Below are positions 9,553 to 20,033 of a stretch of 64,000 nucleotides of DNA, piece after piece. Origin of the DNA: an uncultured Gemmatimonadales bacterium (GTDB lineage: Bacteria; Gemmatimonadota; Gemmatimonadetes; Gemmatimonadales; GWC2-71-9); assembly GCA_963846945.1 (NCBI GenBank), contig CAWJXX010000009.1, positions 6,492 to 70,491 of the forward strand, given 5' to 3'. A model generated the notes under the pieces. That model was given only the letters and a program-made list of their open reading frames with translations, was not told where the DNA came from and did not search any database. The position numbers and the translations under genes are program-made. Each line of letters opens with the position of its first letter. Positions within the stretch are counted from its first letter, which is position 1.

Positions 9553-10835
9553 ATGACGATGACGTCACGCGCGTCTGCTTCACCGGCAGTGCAAGGTCCC
9601 GCTTGCCTGTTCTGCGCAGCGCCCCTTGAACATCTGGTAGTGGACCTCGGCATGTCGCCGCTCTGCGAGAGTTTCCTGACAGCCGAGCAAGTCAATCGCG
9701 CAGAATCGTTCTACCCGCTGACGGTTCGGGTATGCCAGAGATGCTTTCTCGTCGCAGCTTGAGGCCTATGTCGGCGGCGAGGACATCTTCACTCGAGTAC
9801 GCGTACTTCTCCTCATTCTCCGACAGCTGGCTGGCACATGCACGTCGATACGTCGAGGAGATGACCGAGCGCCTCGCATTTGAACAAGCAGAGTCAGGTC
9901 GTTGAGGTCGCCAGCAACGATGGCTACCTCCTTCAGTATTTCGTCGCAGCGCGGCATTCCGTGCGTGGGCTACGAACCAGCCGCCAACGTGGCGGCGGCG
10001 GCGATGGCCAAGGGGGTGCCGACGCTTGTCAAGTTCTTCGGGCGAGAGGACGGCGCGGCAGCTGGTGGACGCCGGACAGCAGGCCGACCTGCTGCTCGGA
10101 AACAACGTGCTGGCCCAGGTGCCGGATCTCAACGACTTCGTGGGCGGCCTCAAGCTGGCGCTGAAGCCTCGGGGTGTCATAACGATAGAGTTTCCCCACC
10201 TCATGCGGCTGGTGGCCGAGAATCAGTTCGACACGATATACCATGAGCATTACTCATACTTCTCATTCCTCACCGCCGAGCGCATTTTCGCCGCGCACCA
10301 GCTCACGCTGTTCGATGTCGAGGAACTGCCGACACATGGTGGCTCGTTGCGCATCTTCGCGCGCGCATGCGACTGATGATTCGAAGCCGGTCAGCGACCG
10401 TGTCATCGCGATGCGGCGAAATGGAGGCGTCCGCGGGCATCTGGAGTACGCGAGTACTACGCTCAGTTTGCGCGAGCGAGTGAAGGAAACAAAGAGAAAA
10501 CTGCTGGAGTTCCTGATTGAAGCGCGACGCGACGGGAAAGAGTGTGGTAGGATACGGCGCTCCCGGCAAAGGCAACACACTACTGAACTATTGTGGCATC
10601 CGCACCGATTTTCTCGACTACACGGTCGACCGTAACCCGTACAAGCACGGGCGGTTCACGCCAGGCACCCACATCCCCATTCATCCGCCCGAGCACATCC
10701 GCGAGACCCGCCCGGACTATGTGCTGGTCTTGCCGTGGAATCTGAAAGATGAAATCATTCCCCAACTCGCCTATGTGCAGGGAATGGGGCGGCCGTTTGG
10801 TCGTCCCAATTCCGGAAACTGTCGTTTATCCGTGA
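9553..10835 (+). CDS. NDP-hexose C-methyltransferase (TylCIII-like class I SAM methyltransferase; at least 4 frame changes as assembled)
   Basis: Fragments: 9409-9762 (Zn-ribbon CLFCAAPL...CQRCFLV); 9880-10164 (VVEVASNDGYLLQYF); 10026-10376 (LLLGNNVLAQVPDLNDF...FDTIYHEHYSYFS...ELPTHGGSLRIFA); 10517-11110 (GYGAPGKGNTLLNYCG...LPWNLKDEI). An alternate frame ends EWGGRLVVPIPETVVYP, then TGA at 10833-10835. Confidence 0.8.
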
Positions 10836-10901
10836 GGTCTGGCGCACTCGATCAGCATCTCCCCGCAGTGACCGTAATTCCCTGCAGGGGCTGGCAATGC
10901 G

Positions 10902-12194
10902 ATGCATGCCCTCATGGCCGACCTCTTCCCAATCTGTCGCAGCATCACTGGCAACGGGTTCCGCGAGTCTCTGCGGCACCTGCAGCGCATCGTCCCGATC
11001 GAACTGCACGAGCTGGCCACAGGTACGAAGATGTTCGATTGGACTGTGCCGAAGGAGTGGAACATTCGAGACGCGTGGATTGCCGACGCCCACGGCAGGC
11101 GCATCGTTGATTTCAGCCAATCGACGCTCCATGTCATGAGCTATAGCGTGCCGGTTCGTGCCACGCTGTCCCTGGAGGCATTGCGTCCAAGGCTTCATAC
11201 GCTGCCAGACCATCCGGATTGGATCCCCTATCGTACGACCTATTACCGCGAAGACTGGGGCTTCTGCCTGACCCAGCGTCAGTTGGATGCGATGCCGGAT
11301 GGTGAGTACGAGGTGGTGATAGACAGTTCGCTCGAGGAGGGATCCTTGTGCTGGGGTGAACTGCTCATTCCCGGGACAACGACAGACGAGATCCTCTTCA
11401 GCGTTCATTCCTGCCATCCCTCGCTGGCGAACGACAACCTGTCGGGAATGGCCGTCGCTGCATTTCTGGCCAGGAATCTTGCCACGCGTCCGCGCCGTCA
11501 TTCCATGCGCTTCCTGTTCATCCCCGGCACGATAGGCTCCATTGCATGGCTCGCGCAGAACGAGGCGGTCGTGCCCAGCGATCCATGCGGGCCTGGTCCT
11601 TTCCTGCCTTGGTGACACCGGCCATCGACTTACAAGCGAAGCCGCAACGGGCATTCGGCTGTTGATCGTGCAGCGGCGCACGTCTTGAGGCATGGCGGGC
11701 CGCATGACATTATTGATTTCGTGCCATATGGTTATGATGAGAGGCAGTATTGTTCGCCAGGCTTTGACCTTCCGGTCGGCTGTCTCATGCGCACGCCAAA
11801 CGGGCGCTTTCCCGAGTATCACTCATCTGCCGACAACCTGACTTTTGTCCAGCCGCAAGCCCTCGAGGACTCCCTCCAAAAACTTGAGGACATCGTGCAC
11901 GTGCTCGAGCACGATCGCCGGTACGTGAACCTCAACCCCAAGTGCGAGCCTCAGCTTGGGCGACGGGGGCTGTATCGCGCCACAGGTGGTCACACCTGCC
12001 TGGTTTCGAGATGGCCATGCTCTGGGTCTTCAACTTTCCGATGGCAGGAACACGCTCCTTGATATTGCCGACCGCGCCGGCATGACGTTTCGTCGTAGTT
12101 CTCGCAGGCTGCCAGCGCCCTGGAGCGGGCTGACCTGCTCCGGCGAAGCGTGAGTGGGGACATGGCGGAGTCGGCCGCATCGACGGCGCAATGA
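10902..12194 (+). CDS. DUF4910/aminopeptidase-like (M28-like) protein typical of polysaccharide loci (frame changes as assembled)
   Basis: ORFs 10902-11615 (DLFPICRSITGNGFRESL...WTVPKEWNI), 11685-12062 (YGYDERQYCSPGFDLPVG...EYHSSADN) and 11956-12153 (DGRNTLLDIADRAG). A further frame reads AASALERADLL... and stops at TGA 12192-12194, overlapping the next start. Confidence 0.65.
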
Positions 12195-12968
12195 CCAGTG
12201 CGCTTGCGGGTCAGGTTGCCGTCGTCACTGGCGCTGGAAGCGGGATAGGCAAGGCCATTGCGGAATCCCTCGGGGCGCTTGGCGCGACACTCGCCCTGAT
12301 CGGCAGGACGCGATCCAAGTTGCAGTCTGTCGCGGAGGGCACCGCAAGCCGGCCTGACCTGATGTTCGCTGCGGACCTGATCGATGACGATGCAATGGAT
12401 GAGGCCGTCAGGAACCTGGAGCAACTCGTTGGACACGTCGACATTCTCGTCCTGAGCGCTGGGGGCCATGGCACGCGGGCCGCACGCGAGGCACCGATCG
12501 ACGACCTGGACGCTCTGTTCCGCCTCAACGTGCGTGCCAACTACCGACTGGTTCAGCGCCTGCTGCCCATGCTTGGTCGCGGCCCGGACAGATCGCGATC
12601 ATCAATTCCAGCGCCGGCATCTTGGCCAGTGCCAATGCCGGACAGTATTCCGCCACCAAGCACGCCCTGAAGGCCATGACGGACGCCCTGCGCGCCGAGG
12701 TGAACGTCCTGGGGATTCGGGTGCTGAGCGTCTATCCAGGCCGCACCGCCACCCCGCTGCAGGAAGCCCTGTATCGTGAGGACGCAAGCGCTACCAGCCT
12801 GACCTGCTCTTCCAGCCGGAGGATGTCGCAGCGGTGGTCGTCAATGCCCTGACCTGCCGACGCACCGCCGAGGTAACCGACATCAGCATCAGGCCCATGC
12901 TGAAATCATACTGGCAACGCCCGGTAAGCTCAGGGGCTCGTCCCCTCTTTGGCCCAGACTCACGCTAA
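12191..12968 (+). CDS. Short-chain dehydrogenase/reductase (frame changes as assembled)
   Basis: ORF 12191-12670 has the Rossmann motif VAVVTGAGSGIGKAIA. ORF 12622-12852 has the catalytic YSATKHAL (YxxxK) and PGRTATP. An alternate frame gives QPEDVAAVVVNAL. The 3' end is uncertain (12852-12968). Confidence 0.75.
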
Positions 12969-14302
12969 CCAGCATGCGCTGATTATCGGGCAAGAGGCAA
13001 CTGGCCACGGTGCATTGCCCTGCGCCGAATAGTGGCCGTCGGGCAAAAATATGACGGGGCCAACGCTGTCGCGGATGCATCCCGTCAAATCGAGCTCCTG
13101 ATGCCATGGCGTTCCAGGGCCACGAGGACCGAGTCCTTGGCCGCGGATCCGGCGCTGAATAGTCGATTTGACGGGGGAAGTAGACCACGAGTGGGGTGGT
13201 ACCTTCTGCTGAAGCAGCCTGCGCAAAAGCGACCAGCATACTCGGCGTTGATCGACGTCAGCGCAGCGACGTCGTGCTCGCGGTGCGCTTCCTGCCACCG
13301 GACGCGAGAAACCTTAGCAATCGTGAAGAGTCGTACCAGTGTGGCTGCCATTCGCTCGGCCGGTACCCCGGGTCATACTTCCACAAACGGGAGGTCGTGC
13401 ACCGATGAAAGCGATGCAATGGACTCCGGGCTGAATGACGGGACATTCAGCAATCGGAGGCCTTCCGCATTGCTCACGAAGCGCGGTTTCGCGAACGGAA
13501 AGCCGCCTCGGGAAACGTGATGAACGTGTAGACGGAGAGTGACCGGTAAAGGTCATGTGCGATGAACCCGAGGACGGCCAGCCCGGGGATGCCAGGACGA
13601 ACATCGCGCAAATAGCGGAGATACGCCTGATCGACCCCGTATCCATCGACCCCGAAATTCAGCACGATGCATTCGTGCCCAGTGCCGCCGCAAGGTCGGC
13701 AGCCCAGGTGTCGGCGATACGGAGGTGCAGCGCCAAAGGTGAACGAGTCGCCAATCAGCGCAATACGATATGGCGCCGGCGCAATCCGCATAGGCCATTC
13801 CCGGACGTGGGGCGCGGATGCCCTCGGCGCTGCTGAAGTACACGCCATCGCTGCTCTGCCGCGCGGCACCGACCGTCCAGCCCAAAAGGGTATCGCTCAC
13901 GAAATAGGAAAAATTCGCGGGGGCATTCGCGAGCAACGCCGCGTTCCTGGCCGAACTTCGTTCCAATCCCTGCCCCGGAACGGAATGCCGGCAACTGATG
14001 TTCCCCGCGGGGGTCGTGTGAGAACGAAGTCGTACGGCGAGACTCGGCCAACCCAAGGGAAAGCAGGAGGGGAAAGACATTCAGGACCAGCATGAAGCCG
14101 AAATAACGTGGTCTTGATGCCCTGTCGCGAGGTAACGGAGGAAGACCTCGCGCGCCGCAACCCCGCATGTCACGAGCAGAACGAGAAAGCCGCACGCCGG
14201 CGCAACTAGATCTGTTCGGAATCGGCCGGCATAGACGACGGCGCCCAGGAACAGGCCCGCAGCGGAAAGCTCAAGTACGTACAGGGCGGCCAACAGCGCC
14301 AT
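12960..14302 (-). CDS. Membrane-anchored SGNH/GDSL-like hydrolase or acyltransferase (heavily frame-shifted as assembled)
   Basis: The N-terminal hydrophobic segment is in ORF 14081-14302. GDSL block I YRIALIGDSFTFG and VLNFGVDGYG are in ORF 13474-13869. Further collinear fragments run down to ~12960. Boundaries are approximate. Confidence 0.45.
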
Positions 14303-14429
14303 GTCACTGGAGTCCCGCCGGGGCGGCTCTCCGTCATTCAGCGCGCCAACGCAGGGTCACGGTCCGCCAGCGCTCGCCGTTTCTCTGCGTCGCTCGAAAG
14401 GAGCGCCGGTCGGCCTGCGCCCAAAGAGA

Positions 14430-15645
14430 TCACTCCACAGCGACGGTCGGCTGCGCGCGATCAACTGTTGCCAATTGTCCGAGCTTCGGCTGCAGGTTCG
14501 CAATTCCTCGCACAAGCGGCGTCCGTCCGACAAAGAACGTGATCGCGTGCTCCCATGCTCTCATACGCCCGATCGGAGACGTAGTGATGCAAATACGAGG
14601 TTCACGAAATATGTGCCTTGCGCCAGGGTCAGTGAGAACTCGAAGTGCATCGCAGCGACCCCCCGGGACCAGCCGTCAGCGGCCCCGCCCCCAGCCGCTG
14701 CGTGCATGTATCAAAGACATTCGCATCCTGCTCGTCCCGAACGGACAGGACGACCGTCATGTCCTCCAACAGCTGGTGCGGCTTGACATCCACCGTCACC
14801 CGACCTGGGCCCCTGACTCGTACTCCACCGTAGTGCCGTTCGGGCCCCTCCATGGTGACGCTCGTCAGGGCGGCTCGGTCGCCGGCTCGCCCGACGCCCC
14901 GGCCCAGGTACGTCTGGATGACGTCGCGCGCCGGGCCAACCGTCACCACGCGCCCGTGCTCCAGCAGAAGCCCTCGATGACAGAGTTCCGAGACCGCCCG
15001 CAGATTGTGCGATACAAACAGGACAGTCGTGCCGCTCCGCAGAACTTCGGTCATCCGCTCCACGCAGCGCTGCTGAAACAGGTAGTCTCCAACGCTCAGC
15101 ACCTCATCAACCAGCAGCACGTCAGCATCGACGTGAGCCGCGACCGCAAATCCCATTCGCGCATACATGCCGGAGGAATAGCGCTTGACGGGGTGTCGAG
15201 GAATTCTCCAGGCCGGAAAACGCGACAATAGCATCGAAGCGCCGCGCGACCTCGCTGCGGCTCATTCCCAGATCGCACCGTTCAGGTAGATGTTGTCACG
15301 GCCACTCAGGTCCGGGTGGAACCCGGCACTGATCTCGATAAGGGCGCTGAGCCTGCCCCTACGCGCATGGTTCCCCGCGTCGGCAGCATGATTCCGGACA
15401 GGAGTCTTCAGCATGGTGCTCTTGCCAGCACCATTGCCACCAATAATCGCGAACGCCTCGCCTCGCGGAACGGAAACGACGTCATCCAGTGCCCAGAACT
15501 CGCGTGGGATCGCTCGAACTGCGCACGCACGACCTCGAAGCATCCGCCGAGTAAGGGCCGGAACCAGGTCACGCAAGTGATGATGGGCCTCGCCCAGCGT
15601 GAAGCGCTTCGACACACCATTGAGCTCGACGACATTTTCAGTCAT
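14430..15645 (-). CDS. wzt: Polysaccharide/O-antigen ABC exporter ATP-binding protein (Wzt/TagH-like; frame changes as assembled)
   Basis: ORF 15262-15645 has Walker A GGNGAGKST and LSALIEISAGFHPDLSGRDNIYLNG. ORF 14629-15234 has Walker B LLVDEVLSVGD, VSHN and an extra C-terminal domain. The last ~65 codons lie in another frame, with the stop at 14430-14432. Confidence 0.8.
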
Positions 15646-16450
15646 GAAGGCACTCAGATGCTTTCGGCAAAGCGCGGCTCAAGCCCCAGAAGCTTCGCAG
15701 CGCAACGACCAGCAACGCCACGGTGAATCCCGCGCTGTAAAGCAGCCAGCCCAGCGGAGGTGGCTGGTGCCGCGCAACAACGGCTCCAAAACTCTCGATA
15801 ATTGGTGCGACCGGGTTCAGCATGACAAGAGTTGCGGCGCGCCCCAGCAGCGATGCCTCATAGAAGACCGGCGTAAAGAAGATCGCAAACGTAAGCAGCA
15901 CCTCGACGATATACCGGAAGTCCCGGTAAAAGAGGGCCGCGGCAGAGAGGAGGACGGCGCAGCCTGTGGCGAGGAGCACCAGCAAGATGATCAATGCCGG
16001 CAGCCACAGTAGCTGAATGCTTGCACCCACGCCCAGTGCTGCGAGCAGGATGATTGTGATCGCCGATGCCACGCAGAAATCGAGCAGCTGCGATCCGATG
16101 GCGGCCAGCGGAAACACCAGCCGGGGCATGTAGATCTTGGTGACCAGGGACGGGTTCGTGATGAGACTGGTGGTGCCGAACCTGAGAGCCGCGACGAAAA
16201 ATGACCACGGAACTGCCTTGACCGCCACGAGCGCGATGTCAGTACGTTGAAGCGGAACACCGGATAGCTTTGCAAATACGAGGCGTACTACAATGCCGGC
16301 GCCCACCACGACGACAGGCATCAGGACTGCCCAGAGAACTCCCATCACCGACTGCTTGTACTTCACGGTGACTTCTCTGCGCGTGATCATGTACAGAAGA
16401 TCCCGGCGATCGGCGAGCTCCTGCAGGCGGTCGCGCATGTTCCGTTTCAC
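15638..16450 (-). CDS. wzm: ABC-2 type polysaccharide exporter permease (Wzm-like)
   Basis: Intact 270-aa ORF with about six hydrophobic segments and an ABC-2 N-terminal signature (LLYMITRREVTVKYKQSVMGVLWAVLMP). It overlaps the wzt start by 8 nt. Confidence 0.85.
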   Translation of the reverse strand: MKRNMRDRLQELADRRDLLYMITRREVTVKYKQSVMGVLWAVLMPVVVVGAGIVVRLVFAKLSGVPLQRTDIALVAVKAVPWSFFVAALRFGTTSLITNPSLVTKIYMPRLVFPLAAIGSQLLDFCVASAITIILLAALGVGASIQLLWLPALIILLVLLATGCAVLLSAAALFYRDFRYIVEVLLTFAIFFTPVFYEASLLGRAATLVMLNPVAPIIESFGAVVARHQPPPLGWLLYSAGFTVALLVVALRSFWGLSRALPKASECLHD

Positions 16451-17121
16451 TGGGCTTCGCCTGCTGGTGCTGTGCCCGTTACGCCATTCTGGACTCGCTC
16501 CAGCCAGCCCTCACGCCAGAACGCGGGGATCTCGCGTGGGCAGAACAATCGTTCGCGGCTCAGGCAGCCCGAACACACTGCGCCGTCGAGCACGATGCAG
16601 TCCTTCGTGACCTTGAGCATGCGGCCGCTGCGCTCGTCGATAAGGCGATCGATCCGCTGGGACACCGTGAACTCCTGGCCGCAAAAGCGGACCATTTCCA
16701 CATCGAATGACAGGCCCTTCGCCCGGCAGACTGTATCCAGCGTCGGAAGGATCTCAGGCAAGGGTCGCACGCGGACACGCTCGCCTGGCTCGAGGTCGAG
16801 CCGCGTCGTCGGCGTGGGAGCGGCCACGCCCTCGACGGAGGGTACTGGCCGCACGCCGAAAGCGGTCAATCGACGTGCCATGGCATTGAGTGCAGCGCGT
16901 CCAAGCACCCGGAGCAGTCGGCGCAGGGAAACATTGCCGACCGCCACTTCTCGCAGGTACTGGCGGGGGTCCCACCAGGCGAGGCTCATGGTCGCGCCCG
17001 GCAGTTCCGTGGCCTGGCAGATGTACAGGAGGTCATTGCCCTCCACGGCGCTGGCTCGTTGCGTGGCACGGCGCAGGCCGTCGCGCGTCACCGACAAGAC
17101 GCCCTTCCGCTGGACGAGCAC
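16447..17121 (-). CDS. Hypothetical protein whose C-terminal domain is paralogous to the C-terminus of the adjacent PIG-L protein
   Basis: 224-aa ORF with a 4-nt overlap with wzm. LEPGERVRVRPLPEILPTLD...FCGQEFTVSQR...CSGC...FWREGWLERV aligns by eye with FRPGELVEVRSEAEILATLD...YCGMRFRVSRR...CSGEEHGGC...FWKDEWLKKV of ORF 17088-18185. Confidence 0.5.
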   Translation of the reverse strand: MLVQRKGVLSVTRDGLRRATQRASAVEGNDLLYICQATELPGATMSLAWWDPRQYLREVAVGNVSLRRLLRVLGRAALNAMARRLTAFGVRPVPSVEGVAAPTPTTRLDLEPGERVRVRPLPEILPTLDTVCRAKGLSFDVEMVRFCGQEFTVSQRIDRLIDERSGRMLKVTKDCIVLDGAVCSGCLSRERLFCPREIPAFWREGWLERVQNGVTGTAPAGEAQ

Positions 17122-18134
17122 CGGATCCGGGACTCGTCAACCTTCTTCAGCCACTCATCCTTCCAGAAGAGCAGGCATCGGGCCTGGCACCCTCCATGTT
17201 CCTCGCCAGAGCAGCGAAGGTTCTCCAGGTGGACGGCTCCGATCATGCGACGCGATGTGGAGCCCGCAATCGTATCGCAGGTTTTTTCCGCGCGCCGGGA
17301 TACGCGAAAACGCATGCCGCAGTACTTGAGCATCTCGGGCATGAACGGCAGCCGGTCGAGCATCCCGCGCGGATCGAGTGTCGCCAGGATTTCCGCTTCG
17401 CTCCGCACTTCCACGAGCTCACCCGGCCGAAACCTGCGCGCCCACATCAGCGACCCTTGCGCCTTGCGACCCGAGTCGCAGCACCGAGTGATCATGACCT
17501 TCCGCCCGTAGAAGGCCTCGGCCACTCGAGCACCGCACTCGATGCCTCGAAGCCGCATCAGGCCCATGAAGGTGTCAGCGCTGAACCAGTCCTTGCGGCG
17601 CTGGCTTTCGAAGCATTCAAGCAGCAGTCGTGCCTTTCGCGCGGCAGAGGCGGCATCCAAGGGAACAAGTACATTCGGGGTCCCGAGGTCTCCGTCCCAC
17701 TTCGGGATCTCGTACTCGAGAATGAGGTTGCGACGGAAGGCATTCCACGTGAGGTCGGATATGACTCGATGATCCTGGTGCCGGTCGTCACGGTAGTGTG
17801 TGAACACCAGGTCCGGCGCATACCCCGCTGCGACGCGCTGGATGACATCCTTGATCTCATGCCATTGCGCCGGAAAGTAGCCATCGCGGAATTCATGCGT
17901 TTCCAGGGTCCAGGCCTTGGCGCGAGCCAGAAACCGCGTGGCACTTCGGCGTGCCTCGCTCGCCCGCTCGGGCGTGCCGCTCAATACCGTAAAGCGCACG
18001 TCAAGTGACTGTCTCCGCGCAAGCGCGAGTAACGTGCCCCCACAGCCGATCTCGATGTCATCCGAATGCGCACCGAGACACAGAATGCGGAGCGGGCGCC
18101 CCGCAGGTGTCGGCAACTCGAGAGCCGGTCCCAT
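17088..18134 (-). CDS. PIG-L/LmbE family deacetylase with an uncharacterised Cys-containing C-terminal domain
   Basis: Lies in track ORF 17088-18185. LRILCLGAHSDDIEIGCGGT and HYRDDRHQDH are PIG-L zinc-deacetylase motifs in the first ~230 aa, followed by an extra ~125-aa domain. The start is taken at MGPALEL (18134), 2 nt after the rfbF stop. Confidence 0.8.
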   Translation of the reverse strand: MGPALELPTPAGRPLRILCLGAHSDDIEIGCGGTLLALARRQSLDVRFTVLSGTPERASEARRSATRFLARAKAWTLETHEFRDGYFPAQWHEIKDVIQRVAAGYAPDLVFTHYRDDRHQDHRVISDLTWNAFRRNLILEYEIPKWDGDLGTPNVLVPLDAASAARKARLLLECFESQRRKDWFSADTFMGLMRLRGIECGARVAEAFYGRKVMITRCCDSGRKAQGSLMWARRFRPGELVEVRSEAEILATLDPRGMLDRLPFMPEMLKYCGMRFRVSRRAEKTCDTIAGSTSRRMIGAVHLENLRCSGEEHGGCQARCLLFWKDEWLKKVDESRIRCSSSGRASCR

Positions 18135-18136
18135 TG

Positions 18137-18941
18137 CTACTCGACCCGGCCACGGCGCCCAGGCAACGAGTCCCAGACATACCATGGAGGCTTGCCCGAG
18201 GCGTGGAGATCGTCCAGGCGCTGCTTGTCCTTGGCCGTGTCCATGGGCATCCAGAAGCCATCGTATTGATAGGCGATGAGTTGGCGGCGCTCCGCAAGCC
18301 GGGTGAACGGTTGCTCCACCAGTTCCTCCCCGTCCCCAAGCACCTCCCAGATGCCCTCGCGAAAGACAAAGAAGCCCCCGTTGATTCGGAGGCCGGACTG
18401 AATCGCATCACGGAAACCAAGCACCCGTCCCTGATCGTCCGCTGCCACGAAATGATAGCTCAGACTTGGTTTGACGGAAAGAAAGCACGCGGACGCGTCG
18501 GATCGCGGAAAATGCCGCGACCTGATCGTGCAGATTGACGTCACTCAGCCCGTCGGCATAATTGGCGAGGAACATCTCCTCGCCTTCGAGGTGAGGCCGC
18601 ACTGCGCGAAGGCGCTGCCCGATGTTGCTTGCCAGGCCGGTCTCGACAAAGGTGATGCGCCAGTCCTCGATGTCGCTCGTGAGCAGCTGCCGGCGCGGCC
18701 GCCCTCGCTGAGAACGAAGTCGTTCGACAAGCCCTCCTCGTAATTGAGGAAGTAGTTCTTGATCAAGTCGCCGCGATAGCCCGAGGCACAGGACGAAGTC
18801 CCGGTGCCCGAAATGGGCATAGTACTTCATGAGGTGCCAGAGGATCGGCCGATATCCCAGCGGCACCATCGGCTTGGGGACGTTTTCCGCATAGTCGCGC
18901 AGACGCATCCCAAGGCCGCCGCAGAACAGGACGACCTTCAC
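18137..18941 (-). CDS. rfbF: Glucose-1-phosphate cytidylyltransferase (frame changes as assembled)
   Basis: From GTG 18941, ORF 18408-19028 reads VKVVLFCGGLGMRLRDYAENVPKPMVPLGYRPILWHLMKYY. ORF 18545-18820 has YRGDLIKNYFLNY. ORF 18137-18544 has the C-terminus GGFFVF...QLIAYQYDGFWMPMDTAKDK. Confidence 0.8.
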
Positions 18942-18969
18942 CTGCCCCTCCCTGTGCCAGCGCGCTGGC

Positions 18970-20031
18970 TCATGGCGCGCCCGTGTCCGCAGCCTGTCGC
19001 GATCGTTCCAGCGAAGGTCCTCGTCCAAGGCGGCCTTCGTCCTGCAGCTTCTGGATCTGCCGGATGCGGAAGTAGCGTCGCCATGGAACTCCGCTTCGCG
19101 TCAGGCCGTGGGCGCGATAAGCCGCGTACAGCTGCTCCGACGCCCTTCCGGACCGTCCACTGCGGCCTGAACGCCGGCAGCAGGCGGGCGATCTTGCTGC
19201 AGTCCACGCGATAGCAGCGTGGATCGGGACCGCCGCCCTCCGCATAGCGGATAGTGCAGCCCGGCACGACCGCCTTGACCATGTCGGCGATCTCGCTGAC
19301 ACGCAGGTTGTCTTCGTTGCGGCCCGACGTTGAATGCCTGGTTGTGCATCGCCTCGCGCGGCGCGTCGAGCGCGGCGAGGAAGGCGCGCGAAATGTCCTC
19401 GATATGCACGAGCGGGCGCCACGGGCTGCCGTCGCTCTGAATCAGGACGTCGCCCTGAAGTGAAGGCGTAGCCCACCAGGTTGTTGACCACGATGTCGCC
19501 GCGCAGCCGTGGCGACACGCCATAGGCGGTCGCGTTGCGGAGATACGTCGGCGACGAAACTCGTCGTCGGCAAGCGGCCGGACGTCCTGCTCGGTGAGGA
19601 TCTTCGATTCGCCGTACGGCGTTATCGGATTGAACGCCAGCCTCTTCAGTCAGCATATCATCGCCGGCAAGGCCATACAGGCTGCAGGAAGATGCGAAGA
19701 GCCATCGAGGCACGCCCGCTTCCTTGGCGGCTCGTGCCAGCCGCACCGACGCGCGGTGATTGATCTCGTAGGTCGTGTCCGGATTCAAGTTGCCAAGCGG
19801 ATCATTGCAGAGCGCGGCCAGGTGTATCACGGCGTCGAAGCCGCGCAGATCTCCCGGGGTAACATCGCGCAGATCCACCCGAAGAGCAGGAACGTCGGTC
19901 ACACCCGGGCCGAATGTGCATTCTGAATAGAGATATGTATCCAGGCCAGTAACCTGGTGCCCTGCAGCCTGAAGCATCGGGACCATGACGGAGCCGATGT
20001 ATCCGTTGTGCCCCGTAACCAGCACACGCAT
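18970..20031 (-). CDS. NAD-dependent sugar epimerase/dehydratase (frame changes as assembled)
   Basis: ATG 20031 is preceded by AGGAGG. MRVLVTGHNGYIGSVMVPML is a Rossmann motif. Later fragments are in ORF 19101-19523 (PLVHIEDISRAFLAAL) and ORF 18938-19282. The 3' end is approximate. Confidence 0.75.
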   Translation of the reverse strand: MRVLVTGHNGYIGSVMVPMLQAAGHQVTGLDTYLYSECTFGPGVTDVPALRVDLRDVTPGDLRGFDAVIHLAALCNDPLGNLNPDTTYEINHRASVRLARAAKEAGVPRWLFASSCSLYGLAGDDMLTEEAGVQSDNAVRRIEDPHRAGRPAACRRRVSSPTYLRNATAYGVSPRLRGDIVVNNLVGYAFTSGRRPDSERRQPVAPARAYRGHFARLPRRARRAARGDAQPGIQRRAATKTTCVSARSPTWSRRSCRAALSAMRRAAVPIHAAIAWTAARSPACCRRSGRSGRSGRASEQLYAAYRAHGLTRSGVPWRRYFRIRQIQKLQDEGRLGRGPSLERSRQAADTGAP

Positions 20032-20033
20032 TT

